A program made the position numbers and the translations under genes. This document shows positions 34,601 to 48,020 of a stretch of DNA of 64,000 nucleotides, piece after piece; position 1 is the first letter of the stretch, and each line of letters opens with the position of its first letter. The DNA lies in contig JASANG010000424.1 of assembly GCA_030248215.1 (NCBI GenBank), positions 248,001 through 312,000 of the forward strand. The letters are read 5' to 3'. Origin of the DNA: Enoplolaimus lenunculus (taxonomy: Eukaryota). The notes below the pieces were generated by a model. The model did not search any database. It had not been told where the DNA came from and saw nothing but the letters and a program-made list of their open reading frames with translations.

Positions 34601-36336
34601 GCAAGAGCTTACAGCTGGAACTTGCATCTACAAGTTTTTTTAGTCCGAAATATGTGGCTTAAAAATGCATTTTTTGTGAAATAGTTTTTGATCAAAACTA
34701 ACACATATAAGTACAAATAAATTGCAGCTGCAAGTTCTTGCTGCAAAACCTTGCATATGTGAATATGGTATAAAGCAATATTTATGTGTGCAAGTTTTTG
34801 CAGTTGCAAGTTTGACCCATGTAAGATCAGGAGTGAACCGTTTTTCTGCAGAAATGCCATTGAGTAAGCTTAAGCTTTAGATTGATTTTTTGCTTAGGAC
34901 TAGTTTAAGGATTACGCTTAGGCTTAAACGTTTAATTCAACGGATAGTTGCAATACCGTATATATATCAGCAAGGAAGGTTGGCGGAGCGTGGATTAAAA
35001 ATACATAACAGTCCGTAACCGAATAACAAGGGGATATCCTCTGGAGAGGCCAAATAAATATCAGTCCCCCTCTTATTCGGGTCCCTACAGTATTTAAAAA
35101 CGATCTTTCGAAACGGTTTTCGGTACGCAGAGAAACTCCAGAATGAATAATGATATTAAGTGAATACTGTTTGGCATTTGTCAAAATAATATAAGAATTT
35201 AGCATTATTGGCTGTTTCAAAACGCAAAAACTGCATTGTATTTTTGATACAATTTCTTTAGGTTGTTGTTTTTATTGTTGTTTTGTTCTGTTTTATTTTA
35301 ACTACAATTACTGCTGCAAATAAACGACACCCCCTTTTAGTTAAAAGATATATATCTATATATATATATAAAATTTTTTTAAAATTTTCAATTAAGGGTG
35401 GAAATGGACGCTGATTTTTGACCATTTCGTTTAAAATTTTAGCTTTTAAGGTCACGACAATCTCAACGTTGCTCATGATTTATCATTCACGGCCAAGATT
35501 TTGATTCCATTAAAAGAATTTGCCAATGTATAGAACATATGCGGAACAGCACAATAAAAGCATATACCCAAGCCTCTGTCTAAGCGTAAGTTGAGCATAT
35601 AGATGAACTTAAGCCTAAGCCTAAGCAAACCAATTAGTCTAAAGCTCAATTAAGCTTGTTCTATTCCAGTCGCGCAGAAAAATGTTCCGTCCATGATCTT
35701 TACTTGAGCCGCCAATTTCACACAAAATTTCACAAATAAACTGCATTTAATACCGTGTTTTATAAATTTTGATAGAGATTAGACGCGGACCGATTTAGTA
35801 AGGTGTCTAACGCACTATCCAACAATATTTTAATCAACTCCGCTTGCAGCTAAAATGACGCCATTGCTGCTTAACCTACTGTATTGACCCGAGTAAGAGG
35901 GGGAGGGGTAATAAGATGGGGGTCCCCATGTTGAGTCCAAATCAATTGGAGTCCGTATCCCTAATAAGAATCCGTAAGCGGATAGAGTCCCTAAACCCTA
36001 GTTAGAGTCCATAAATGTCCATTAACCCTAATTGTAGGGCATTAATGAGCCAAGGAGCAAATAGTTTGAGTTCGAAACTTTAAAGCGACATTCCTGAGTA
36101 TAACCTTGTATTATCGCTCAAGCTATTGACACAAGACAAATAAACGTTTTATTACCGGCCAGTTGTTCTATGGTCTTTTCATAAATAAGAAAACAATTTC
36201 CTAGTCAAGCTTTCTAACCGTTTATTTCACAGAACAAGAACAATCTAAGTTCTCAACAACTCAATCAAAAAAATATATGGGTAGGGTCCTGAATAGGATA
36301 AATCCGGCATCCACAAATCTTGACAAAAACGAATAA
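26261..36336 (+). CDS. Large intrinsically disordered polyQ-rich protein, about 1500 aa; exons 26261-28473, 28667-29020, 29985-30308, 31097-32369, 34270-34507, tentative 36233-36336
   Basis: Long ORFs join through phase-compatible GT-AG junctions (phases 2,2,2,0,1). No folded domain is recognisable. An alternative phase-0 donor exists at 32477. The last exon is uncertain, and the gene may instead continue into the supervillin-like exons. Confidence 0.65.
29418..29678. mobile_element. piggyBac-like MITE carrying a minus-strand tRNA-Gly-like Pol III cassette
   Basis: TTAA flanks and CCC.TTCTCACA-type TIR. Internal A box TAGCTGAGTGG, CGCCTCCCAC arm and B box GTTCGAATCC. Confidence 0.75.
30509..30712. 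mobile_element. MITE family B nested in a family-C remnant
   Basis: TIRs present; TSD atcaagcc/atcaagtg; family-C sequence on both sides. Confidence 0.8.
30785..31009. mobile_element. piggyBac-like MITE, same family, internally deleted
   Basis: ttaa|ccctttctca...tgtgagaacggg|ttaa; body close to 29418-29678. Confidence 0.8.
31305..31661 (+). repeat. (CAA/CAG)n coding microsatellite, polyQ tract of over 100 codons
   Basis: Direct reading. A shorter (CAA)n tract lies at about 27068-27107. Confidence 0.97.
33768..34084. mobile_element. Foldback MITE with about 80-bp near-perfect inverted arms
   Basis: atgatcactctttataacaagagtgtgcaactgggtacattctgtgtattaaagaatgtacc... and its reverse complement. 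Confidence 0.85.
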
Positions 36337-37755
36337 CACTCTTAACGCCACAAAAAAACAACTTCTCGGCATACAACCAAGCTCCGCAAGAACTCTACAA
36401 AATCTCACACCCAATAATCGGCGATTGCGCATTTTTATACTGCTAAACCAACATTTTATGATCTTCGGGAATGTCAGCACAATTTATATTTAGCTCACAA
36501 AAATCAAAAAAATGAACATTTTTACAAATATTTTACCAGTAATTTGGACGAAATATCAAGTTATTTCCCAAAAACACAAAATCAAATTCCGCGAATAACC
36601 TTTTAAAAATATGTGCCGTATATCTTTTTGGTCCAGTACTTGACCAAAGCTTTTTATTCAAGCCTCAGACCAGACAATTTCCAAACCATGACAAACTATA
36701 TAAAACACAACAGCAACATCTTTGACAGCTAATTGCCAAATTTTTGTGAGTTCTGCAAAAATGGCCCATCTGGCTCTATTACATTTTAAAACTCCCCTTT
36801 CACACAATTTTCCGATAGTTACTAGTAATCGAACTTCCAAGTTACTCAGAAGAACTTTGAGCAAACATTCCGAATAGTGTTTCGCCAACCAAAAAACGCT
36901 GCCTTTCGATCAATTGCTCTCGGAATAAGCTGCACATTTTCAAATATTCAATTGCAATCCACACACTCGTTAGACAAAACATTAAAGCCCGTTAACATTT
37001 AGAACATCAATATTTCAATATTTCAAAATATTTCAAATAACTTTCAGCAGCGGCTGGCCTATCTAGTTCCAAGGGGGTGTAATGAAAACCAAGCACCCAT
37101 CGCGCCCCCCGCTTTCCGACTATTTTTCTCGACAGCTCCGCAGCGCATCGACTCGCCAGGTCAATCTACCCCTTTGAACTCTTGCAAACTTCGCCCAATC
37201 AAGTACGCCGTATACAACCGCCTATAATAATATTTCACATTTTAAACTACCAAAGAACATACGCCTTATAATTTAGCTGCCAGTCGCTAAAATTTATATA
37301 TTTATACTATCTATGAATGCACTTTTTCTTAACAGGGAAAAGCTGTCTCGCTAGAGGAAACCGGACATTTATAATTGCACTGAATTATGTTACAAAAATG
37401 AATATCTGCAGGAACTTTCAAAGGACAAATTCAGCATAGGGGCCCATGTACAGAAAAGATACGGAACGCAGTAGTATAAAAATTCCTAAGCCTAGCCTAA
37501 TAAATTAGTCTAAAACTTATACTTATTTTACTGAAGTCCCGCGAAAATACGGTACATTCTGGGTCCAGTTTGGAATCAACCAATAATTGGTATCACATTA
37601 CTCTCTGCCTCATTAATATATGCATGTTACACCATGTTACAGTTTAATTCAACGGATAATTGCAGTACCGGATATATATCAGTAACGAAGGGCGGCGGAG
37701 CGTGGGTTAAAAATAAATAACAGTCCGTAACCGAATAACAAGAGGGGTGCCCTCT

Positions 37756-38110
37756 GGAGATGCCAAATTAATATCATTCGCCTCTCTTGTTCGGGTCACT
37801 ACAGTATATTATACACAATAGGCTCAGTTTCACTGAAGTTAGACAATTTTTTCAAAAATAGCAACATACAGAATTATTTTTCAACGAAAAATATGCTAAT
37901 GAAATTGATCAATGTATAAAACGGGCTGAACAGGAGATGCCAAATTAATATCATTCGCCTCTCTTGTTCGGGTCACTACAGTATATTATACACAATAGGC
38001 TCAGTTTCACTGAAGTTAGACAATTTTTTCAAAAATAGCAACATACAGAATTATTTTTCTACGAAAAATATGCTAATGAAATTGATCAATGTATAAAACG
38101 GGCTGAACAG
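37756..38110. repeat. 177-bp tandem duplication
   Basis: Two copies differing at one visible base. Confidence 0.95.
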
Positions 38111-40178
38111 TAGTAAGCATATTCCTAAGCTTAAGCGTGAGCCAAAGCGTACGAATGAGCTTATAGATTAAGCGTAAGCGTAAGCAAAAAATTAGTCTAC
38201 AGCTTAAGCTTACTATATGCTAGTTTACAATTTAACACAATTACTTTTGACTCAGCATATACTAAATAGCTTAATGGAATTAAAAAAGTTCGCAGTATTT
38301 ACTGTTGACCAACAATTATTACGAAATGAGGCAATGTTACTTTTAGGGGCGTACCAGTAGACTAAGCGTATTCCTAAGCCTAAGTCCAAGCTTAAGCGTT
38401 TCAAAAGTGTGTTTCTACACCTAAGCCTAAGCCCAAGCCTAAACCTAAAGCAAAAAAATGTAATCTAGAATCGAAACCTACTTTCTTACAGACGCACCAG
38501 AAATCTGGCCGCCCCGTAAAAGCAACATGGTGCTTTTGGCTTAACCAACCTAAAACTTAAAAAGGTGTTAGTTTAAATCAATCTTAAAATTCTAGTTTAG
38601 TTTGATCTGTCCAGCCATTTAAGTTTTTCATATTCAAGTTTAGTTAAGCTGTAATTTAAGTTTAATGTTTCACAAGGTACTTAAAGTTTTACGCCGTGCC
38701 GAAATCAAATTCCTATTACGCATCTGATCAGAAACATTCTCACTGAGACAAAGACACCTATAGTATGCCAGCATACCTTCTTGTAATCAGGTTATCAGCA
38801 ATCTTGGCAAAAATTTATCACAATTTCTTTATATTTTAACCAGTGCAGTGTGTATATATTACGTTTTTTTATTTCTCACACCAACAATTAAACAACCTTG
38901 AATGTTTTGTTATGTGTACGAACCAAGAACCTTGAATTTTTGTTGTTCGCCAGATGATTTTTGCCATTTCAAATTTTTTCACTCCCACACAGAGTTTATT
39001 AGATTTTTTGTACCTAAAATTTTTAAGGTCGTCATTCAAGAAATTCCATGTATCACTGTTATTAAACGCTTAGGTTCACTCTAAATTCCAATGAGTTGAT
39101 TAATCAACGCCGAGAGCGAATTAGTCATTTCTGGTTATTTCGGAGTTAATTACAGGAAACATCAACTGGCTCCGAACAGATTTAGTTAAGGGTGAGTTGA
39201 TTAATTAACTGATGGAATAAATTTAACCAATACAGAATTTGGAGTTCTGAAAGACCTAATTCAGAGCTCTAGGCTTGTGAGTCGATTCAATTCATTCTTA
39301 AGTTAAAGGGAAACTCACTGGAGTTTATTGTGTTGCAGCTAATTTGGCACAATTGGCTTGAGATGCACAATCCTTGTACAGTCGAAAGTCACTTGCCCAA
39401 CTATTTTAATTAGAAGATAAGGCTATCTTTAGCACCGGATTCTAAAATTAAAATGTCGCTGCTGGATATCGTCGAATCTAACAAATTTAGAAAAAATAGA
39501 TATAGAAAATTTAAATTTAATTTTTCTGATTTTATTCTTGAATTAATTTCAAAATAATCGAGATTTATTGCACATAACATGAAATCCATGATTCAAGTTT
39601 TGAAACCAATTCGAATAATTTTATTTGAAGAAGTACACTAGTTTACTTTTCGTTGTAAAAATGTTGGGTATGGCAATATATTACAAACTAGAATAAAAAG
39701 TGCCCCGATGTGGCCATAGAAAACGATATGATTTGGGTAGTAAGATTTTTAGTTCAACACCGCTAGTATTACAATTTCCATGCATGCGTATAAAGTTTTA
39801 AAACTAGATTAATTTGATGCCAATCAGCGTCCTCCCGAAACACAACACAATATTATAGAATTAATAAAAGTTAAATCATTGAGTTTGACTGACTGCGTAA
39901 CGGAAACATATCCGCAACTTTCTCTGACAGCGGCCAAATAGACATGTGATCCACTGTTTCGAAATATTAAAACAAGAAATAAATACTAGAATATATATGA
40001 CGAATTATGGTTGATGTAAAAAATTTGAGTCCACACTCGTGACATTAGTTTCTTGCACTTAGTAAACTGAAGTTTCGAATATATGCAGAAAAATTTTGGG
40101 TCTAAAAAGAGTATATAAGTAGAAATTAAGCGTCAAATGCTGGTGACCCAATATTAAAAACGTGTTTGTTCGTCAATT

Positions 40179-40398
40179 GGCTCAATGTAAAGAACAGGAG
40201 CGGATCAGTATTATAAGCATGTTCCTAATCCTAAGCCTAAGCATAAGCGTTAGCATGAGCATATTCCTAAGCCTAAACCTAAGCGTAAGATTGAGCATAA
40301 TCCTAAGCCTAAGCCAAGCAAAAAATTAATCTAAACCTTAAGCTTATTCTATTCTAGTCCCACAGAAAAACGTTCAGCCCCTGATCTTTACATTGGCC
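40179..40398. mobile_element. MITE family B
   Basis: TIRs and cctaag array. Confidence 0.8.
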
Positions 40399-43300
40399 GT
40401 CATTGGAATACAACGCAGATTCGCCAGCAAAGTTGCAAATATTGTTTCGCTACGTACTCACTCAAATATTTTAATGTTTTAAAAGTTTAAAATCTGGGTA
40501 CCGTTTAGCCAAGTATGGAGAGGGCAGTGTACGGTACAAAATATATACAGCTCCGACTTTTCTCCCAAAAAGTTGCGGATATGTTTCCATTACGCAGTAA
40601 TTCAAACTCAATGATTTTACTTTTATTAATTTATAGTATTGTTGTGGTTTTCTTTTCGAAAACGAAAAACTAAGGCGGCCGGACGTGGGCCTGAAAAATC
40701 TGGGCCGGTTCATACCATAATGAGGGCCCGCTGTGTTCGAGCGTCACGTCTTTGGAAGAGACTGCTTGCTTTGGGAACCTTATTAAATTAATGGTGTTAA
40801 TTTTGCACGTCAAAATTTCTTCAAATATTCTTAACCGAGTTTTGGACATTTCAGTGCTCAACTAGTGCTACCAATAATACATCGAGCAGTAAATCAAAAC
40901 TGATATCTGTACTTTACGCGTAAACTTTGAGCTTAAATGTAAATCTAGGTTTAGAAAAAAACCCACGCGAATGTAAAATCTAGGCACCTACTACGAATTA
41001 AATAAAGTATCTCTTATACCACTGGCGGATGTAGTGGGTGCCACTCCGGCCTGAACCACCACAACTTGAATCAAGAGAAAGCTTTTGCATTAAGATTCAG
41101 CATAAAATTAGCGTTCGACTTCGCTCTCCTCTTTTTTACAGTATTATACGTTGAGCGACCGATCCTTTTGAAATTGCTGCATCCACCACGGCGTCACACA
41201 GATCTCGACGAGCCGAGTTCAACGGTACTATTTTCATATTTGCATGGCTAAGGATTCAAGAGATGACCGAAAAAATTATTAAAACACGCACAGATTTATA
41301 AAGGGTCTCTATCATTCACATATTCGCAAAATATAAGCTTTACTAATGTTATTCGTTGCACAAATTTGGAGAAGGTTTGTATGTTTTATATAATAAAATG
41401 TTAAACTTTAAGGGACCACCACTTTGAATGAAAAGCTTTGCAACCATAAGGTTCTAGCTCGTAACATGTTTCGTATATATACGTACTAAACAATAGTATT
41501 TTCGTTAAATAAATAGCTTAACGTATATGGTTGAGATAAATTATGTAGCACATAAAAAATTGGATTGTTACAATCTACGATTCTGTAGAACACCTTGCGA
41601 CAAGATTTGAATCCAAATACGAAGGCGCAACTTTGCGCTTCCGATTCTTATGAAAATGTTTACGTTTAATACTTCGACAATTTTGTCTTTAAATATAGCG
41701 CATGAACACCGTTGCCATCATCTTGAATGACATACGTTTGTATATAAATACCACCAAAACAATAGACTTTTGATAGAAACATAAGAGAGACGTGAACACT
41801 TGGAAGAAACATATAATACTGACACTACCGTGTCCATATGATTAACCGCTCCTCTATACTAAACCTTGTAATTGAAGTTGAAGACTAGTAATGCCTCCTT
41901 AATATATAGCAAAACTGTTATTTTCCTGTTATTATGACATTGACTGGCGTTCGGCGTTTATTTGTTTTTGCAAGAAAATTTAAGCATTTATATATAAGTT
42001 GGCGACTTTAGTACTTAATTACTTAAGTATAAGCTTATGTGTATATATAAGTCTGAAATCAGAAACCCAACCGTTCACAGTCAATTTCAGTGAGTTGATT
42101 GTAACTCGAAATGTGTTGAATCACTCAGTCTGAGTTAGGACTATCAGAACTCAAAATTTAGCGTTGATTCGATTCATACTGAGTTAATTAATCAACACAC
42201 CCAGAGTCAACTCATCTCAGAGTGATAATCATCTCAACTCAGAGTAACTTGATGTTTTACTGATATTAATTCAGAAATAATACACTCGGTAGGTGAATTG
42301 ATTAATCAACTCATTGGAATTTACAGTGGGTTAAAAAACTACCGTCAAATAAAAGCGTTTTGAAAGCTTATGTTTTTAACTTTTTATTAGGTTCAAATAT
42401 TAATATTGAATAATTATATATCAATAATTGACCGCTTGTTAACCAAATTACTATTTGATGATATCTGCTGCATATATCCGTTTCAGAATACACTGTAAAT
42501 TTCAATGAGTTGATTTTCATTCAGAACAAATTTTATTACTCAATCTGAGCTAGGACTATCAGAATCAAAGGTCTCATTCAATTCAATTCGTTGTAAATTA
42601 ATTAATCAACTAAGGCAAAATGAACTCAACTCAAAGTGAGAATCAAATCAACTCAGATTGGGTGGAAGTTTACCAATATTAAGTCAGAAATAACTAACTC
42701 GATAGTCGAGTTGATTGATCAAGTCATTGAAATATACAAAGCACAGTTAGACGCTTCTATTATAAATTTAAAAACTTTTAATTTTAAATAACGAAAGTTT
42801 AACAATGGCTAATAATTCAATGGACGAAGCTTTGGACGTATTGAATCTTGCAACTTGTGAACAAGGACCTGCTTACAAACAGGTAAAACACGTTTTTAAC
42901 TCAGAATGAGTTGAATTCACTCACAAGTCTGAGCTCTGAATGCTCAGAATGAGGTGTATCTACTCAGAAAGACTTTGCTAATGCTGGCTATTCCTGAGTT
43001 TATAACATAAAACATTAGGTCACTCTGAGCTGATTTAATTCAGTGTAAGTTGACTAATTAACTCAAAATGAGTTCAATCCACAATTTTGAGTTCTGACTT
43101 TCTGAGTTGATTATTCAATTCATAACTCGCGTGTATGATTTGAAATAAGCTTGCTACAGTACCCTTTCTCCGAAGTACTGCGAATATAATTGGTTTTTCG
43201 CGTTAATTCTCCGAAAGATATGGCCACGCCGGGAATCGAACCTCGGACCGGTTGCTCGCGAGTCAACTACCCATTACACCACGCGACCGATATCTTAATG

Positions 43301-45284
43301 TCCTCTGGTGCGATATGTGCACGAGTACGTATGTGTCTTAACATTACACATTCTGCAAATACACACGATACACCACACCGCGTATACCCACACTACTCAA
43401 CATGCTTGCCTATTTGCCACTCTAAATACATTTTTTCGAAAAAATTTTGACTCCTGCCTAAAAACTGCACAAAACTTTTGGTTCCATTGGGTTTCAAGTA
43501 CATTTAAAAATGACACAGTTTAAACATTTTATACGGGTTTTACCAAATTTTTCGAGGCATAACTTCTTGTTTACTGGTTTTGTCTTCCAGTTCAAATTTG
43601 ATAATTATATTAATACATATTTTTTCATAGTTAATTAAAGCTGAATATAATACATTTAAATATCATTTTGTTCGGTAAATGAGTCTTTTGAAAAAATTGC
43701 GTATCAGTTCTGTTAAAAGTTAAAAACGCCGAAAAGTGTTATTCATTTTTCGATTTGGAAATAATTTACAAAATTCGATTGTCACGGTTCACTGGCTGAT
43801 GTTATCAGCAAAAATTTTAATATTTTTCTTAAAATCGCCGCAAACTGAGTGAAAAACAAGACAGAATATGAAAATAAAGACACATTTTTTTCATATCATC
43901 AAATGTCCCCTTTTTTGATCGCCAAGTTGATATATTCATTTTTCTTTTTTTATATTTTGTTATTTTTCTACATTTTGTTACTTTTTATATTTTGTTATTT
44001 TTTGTTTTTATTTTGTTTTATTTTTATATTTTGCTATTTTTTGTTTTTATTTTATGTTTGTTTATTTTTCATCTTTTTGCATGTTTTTTGTTTCGTTTTT
44101 GTGTAAAATATAAACGGAGATAAAACATGTTGCGTCGGACACGATTTTAAGTACCGCCTGCCGGTAATAAAGGGGTTAACAGGCCTAAGTGGGGGACAAG
44201 AGTAAAGTTTCCCTGTAGGCAGTTATGTTATTGTGCGAAAAACTTCAAAAGTTGACTAAGTGTCGGTGTTGTTTTAAGTTTTGTAAACATTTCGTTTGAT
44301 TTTTAATTTTTGAGTAAATAACAAAAATATTTTATCAATTTTTAATGAAGACACTGATACTTGCTTGAAATCTTGGCTGATTTAGCTAGTATATATCTTA
44401 AATTATTTCAATAGTTCTCTCAAATGTGTGTAGCATCTATCACTAGTTGGCGACTGCCGACATCATTGATACTCAAACCTTGTTCAATCACACGGGGCCT
44501 GTGGGTTAACTCCGTAACCCTGAAGTGACACCAGAATGTGCCATTTTGAAACCGTTTTACAGATTTGGGATATTTATGAGTACTCATTCTAATTTGGAAA
44601 TGAAATGATCAGGCGAAGCGTAACTGAATCTCAAATATGCAAAAAATCTAAAATAGAATTATTTCTAGACAAACCTGCTTTGGGGATTAACAAACACCCC
44701 CGTTTACAATACTTTAGAATCGAGCGAAACGCTACGATCCATTAAATCTAATTTTGAAAGTTTAAAATATATAACCTTGGCCCATATTGTCAAATGTGTA
44801 TAGCAACTATCATCAGTTAGCACAAAATTTTTAAACTCACTAAATACGGTAGTTGTTGAGTTCAAAACTGCCAAAGGAGTTGAGCAAATTTCATACAAAA
44901 AATATGTTCAATTCTGAGCATCAGTATTCACTGGTTTCAAAGTTACTCGACCTATCACCAACTGATGTTATGTGGCACACACGCATTTAAGAATGCGGGC
45001 CCAGAATTGAGAGCCTATGGATATAAGTAAAATTGTATAAAAAACGCATTTAAAAATACTAAAAAATCGACCCTATGATATCTTTTCATAAAAAATTTCT
45101 CACGGTCGCGGCCAACACTCTCCTTTAGACTCACCCCTGAAACGGAAGGACGCCGGCCTTTACCAACGCAACGCTTTATCGTGTGTATGCCGTTTTTTCA
45201 AAGTTAAAATTAGTTTGACTCAAAACCATTTATGAACATCGAAGACCTGTGATGTTTTGAATAATTTAGCACCTTTAAGTTTAG

Positions 45285-45287
<3 letters not shown>

Positions 45288-45356
<69 letters not shown>
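45288..45356. repeat. (TA)n microsatellite
   Basis: Direct reading. Confidence 0.97.
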
Positions 45357-45362
<6 letters not shown>

Positions 45363-46481
45363 TTCATTATATTACTTAGAGATGCTCGAAACATTTTGAG
45401 TTTGTACGGAAATTTAAATGCGCATTCTTTGCGTCCGGTTTCAACATAATATGCCGGGGTTTTTTCCGAACGCACCGCTTTCTAAGCTGTTTTTGCTGTA
45501 AAATAGCAAATTGCCCTGTTATTAGGGGTTTCATTTTGAATCCAGCGTATAGTTTAGAGTTTATAATAAAATTTATCACAACGGTTACGCTGCAATATTG
45601 TTACGGTCACGATCAACGAGTATTCCTGCGAATAAATCCGAGATATTATACTAAATAGAGAAAATGTGTCGTTGACAGTATTGAAGTTTAAGTAAAAATG
45701 ACTAGTGTGGCACGGCGATGTTTTAAGCGTGAGACGAAGGCTGCAATTTTGATCTTAAGACGTCGCATTATTGTACCCAGGGTACCACAGGACGTCTGAT
45801 TCCGGCTCCGGTACAATTTTTGTTGAAAGTTTCGCCATTTTCGCTGGTGAAATATTTCGTATAATTTCTGGAAAAGTTTAAAAATAAGTTTTTGTTGTAA
45901 ATTACTGTTAAAATTAACCAAATTTAAAACATTTTTATTTTCTAATTTTGCTTTGCCTCCGATTTCGATGTACGCTGATCATGTGACGATTTCCAGATGA
46001 GATATAAGCAAGTTTGAAACTTGTTCACAGGGTACTCTTCTGGGGGTCTACAGCACTCATACTATATGTCCGTATGCATTGCGTATTATTTCGCGTACAC
46101 AGCAGAGGCGGTACTAACTACCGTCCGACCCACGACTGGCAATTGTGCCCACCGCACGGGCAATCCGGCTTTTAATGAGGCGAGCATGTTAATGAAAATA
46201 CCATTTACAATAAAATTCAACTGTCATGAAATGGTTTTATGCCGGGAATATAATGTTATACCTCTAAAAGCAACTCTGACCAGGCCACAAACATGTCTAC
46301 CTTCATGAGTCGCCGATAAAAAGTTTTGGTTTATTTGACCAATCACAACACAACAGCAAAATTAGTCGCTAAACTAATAAAAGATACGACCAATGTATTA
46401 ATTTTAGCGCCGTGACTCAAGGTTAATCATATTCCTAAGCCTAAACCTGACGAAAATATTATTTGACAATCAAAGCCTCGT

Positions 46482-46563
46482 CCCCTTATTTGAATGACTC
46501 AAAGCACTGCCGCCCCTTATTTGAATGACTCAAAACCCCGCCGCCCCTTATTTGAATGACTCA
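46482..46563. repeat. Three copies of a roughly 30-bp unit with core ccccttatttgaatgactca
   Basis: Direct reading. Confidence 0.85.
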
Positions 46564-46625
46564 CCACTCGTTGCGCCCCTTCCATCACCTGCCGGATAAT
46601 ATTCTAACAGCACTTAACGAACACA

Positions 46626-46833
46626 GGCCCATGTAAAGATCAGGGACGCAGAGTTTTTATGTGGTACTAGAATAGAGTAAGCATAAGCTTTAGACTTGTT
46701 TTTTGCTTGGCTTAGGCTTAGGCTAATAGGCTTAGAAATATGATCATTCTTGTATTCAGGTTTAGGCTTAGGCTTAGTTACAGCTTAGGAATATGCTTAT
46801 AATACTGTTCCGCCATTGTTCTTTATATTGGCC
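46626..46833. mobile_element. MITE family B
   Basis: TIRs and ttaggc array. Confidence 0.8.
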
Positions 46834-47764
46834 CTAAAAATTTACTAAAAACCACATACGGAATACATCTTACAAGTGTTCCAGTTAAAAGTTGTTGTTT
46901 TTAAAATTTTAGTTTCTGAACTTGCAACGAATTTGAAGCTTCCTCTTATCGGAAGGGAGGGGGGTGGATAGATGAATAGATCGCTAAACCTGTTTGCAGT
47001 CAGTTTTAACGGATTTAGAAATTTGTCTAGAAACGCTATCGCTTATATCGATCATTTAGTAAAGGTTATTATAGCAGTAGAATGACTGTTCTTACTAAAG
47101 TGGTATATATGTATGTAAACGAGCATTTTTGCATTGTGCAATACATTGGTATATACAGATAATATAGCATTTTCATAGGTTTTATAATCTGGGGGGTGAA
47201 TGGCATGGGCCCTCCAAACATTTAGTCTTAAGCAACTTTCCTGGTAGTGTGATTACAGACCAGTTGTGGGGTGACGAATTGTCGTAGATTCTATTGCTTT
47301 ATATTGTTGCTAGTTCCAGTTGTTGACGTCATCGCTGAAGTTCTCAAACGGTCCATCGAGATGGCCGTGTCCGCTTCCGGGATTGACGACACTTGGTCGC
47401 CGCGGCGCAACTTGTCGCCCAACAGTGTGCTAAAGTCGATGAATAAATCTAAGCATAATTCTAAGTGTAATCCTAAGCCTAAGCGCAAGCATAACGATGG
47501 GCGACAAATTGTTGAGTCGATAAAATTTCGGATTACAAGTCGACGGGCGGCAACGAACCGTTGGTTGCGGCGGTTGCAAAAATTCAATTGCGCACTTCTT
47601 TGCTACGGCTTCTGCTTTGAAAACAGTGTAATTTTTGAATGGCCAAAATTTTGGCCATTTGAAGTTCTCAGCTGTAAATGAGAATTGAAAAAATTTTTTG
47701 AAAAGTTTAACTTAACAATTTTTTCCCATCGTTTGTTCGCGTAAAACTGGTTATTTAAATTTCC

Positions 47765-47937
47765 AGCCCATGTAAAGGTCAGGGGCGGAACGTTTTTTGG
47801 TGGGACTAGAAAAGAGTAAGCTTAACCTGTTGACAAATTCTTTTTGCTAGGCTTACGCTTAGGCTTAGGTTTAGGCTTAGGTTTAGGCTTAAGAATATGC
47901 TTGTAATACTGTTCTGCCTCTGTTCTTTACAATGTCC
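47765..47937. mobile_element. MITE family B
   Basis: Perfect 8-bp TSD aaatttcc. Confidence 0.85.
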
Positions 47938-48020
47938 AAATTTCCTAACATTCACAGCTTTTTGTGTCTTTACGGCATTAAAGCAAAACCGTTTTTCAAA
48001 TGTTTCTTTTATAATTTTAG

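Noticed and set aside
46482..46563. CRISPR-like repeat-spacer pattern
   Set aside because: Spacers are about 10 bp and similar to each other, the context is eukaryotic, and there are no cas genes. It is a minisatellite.
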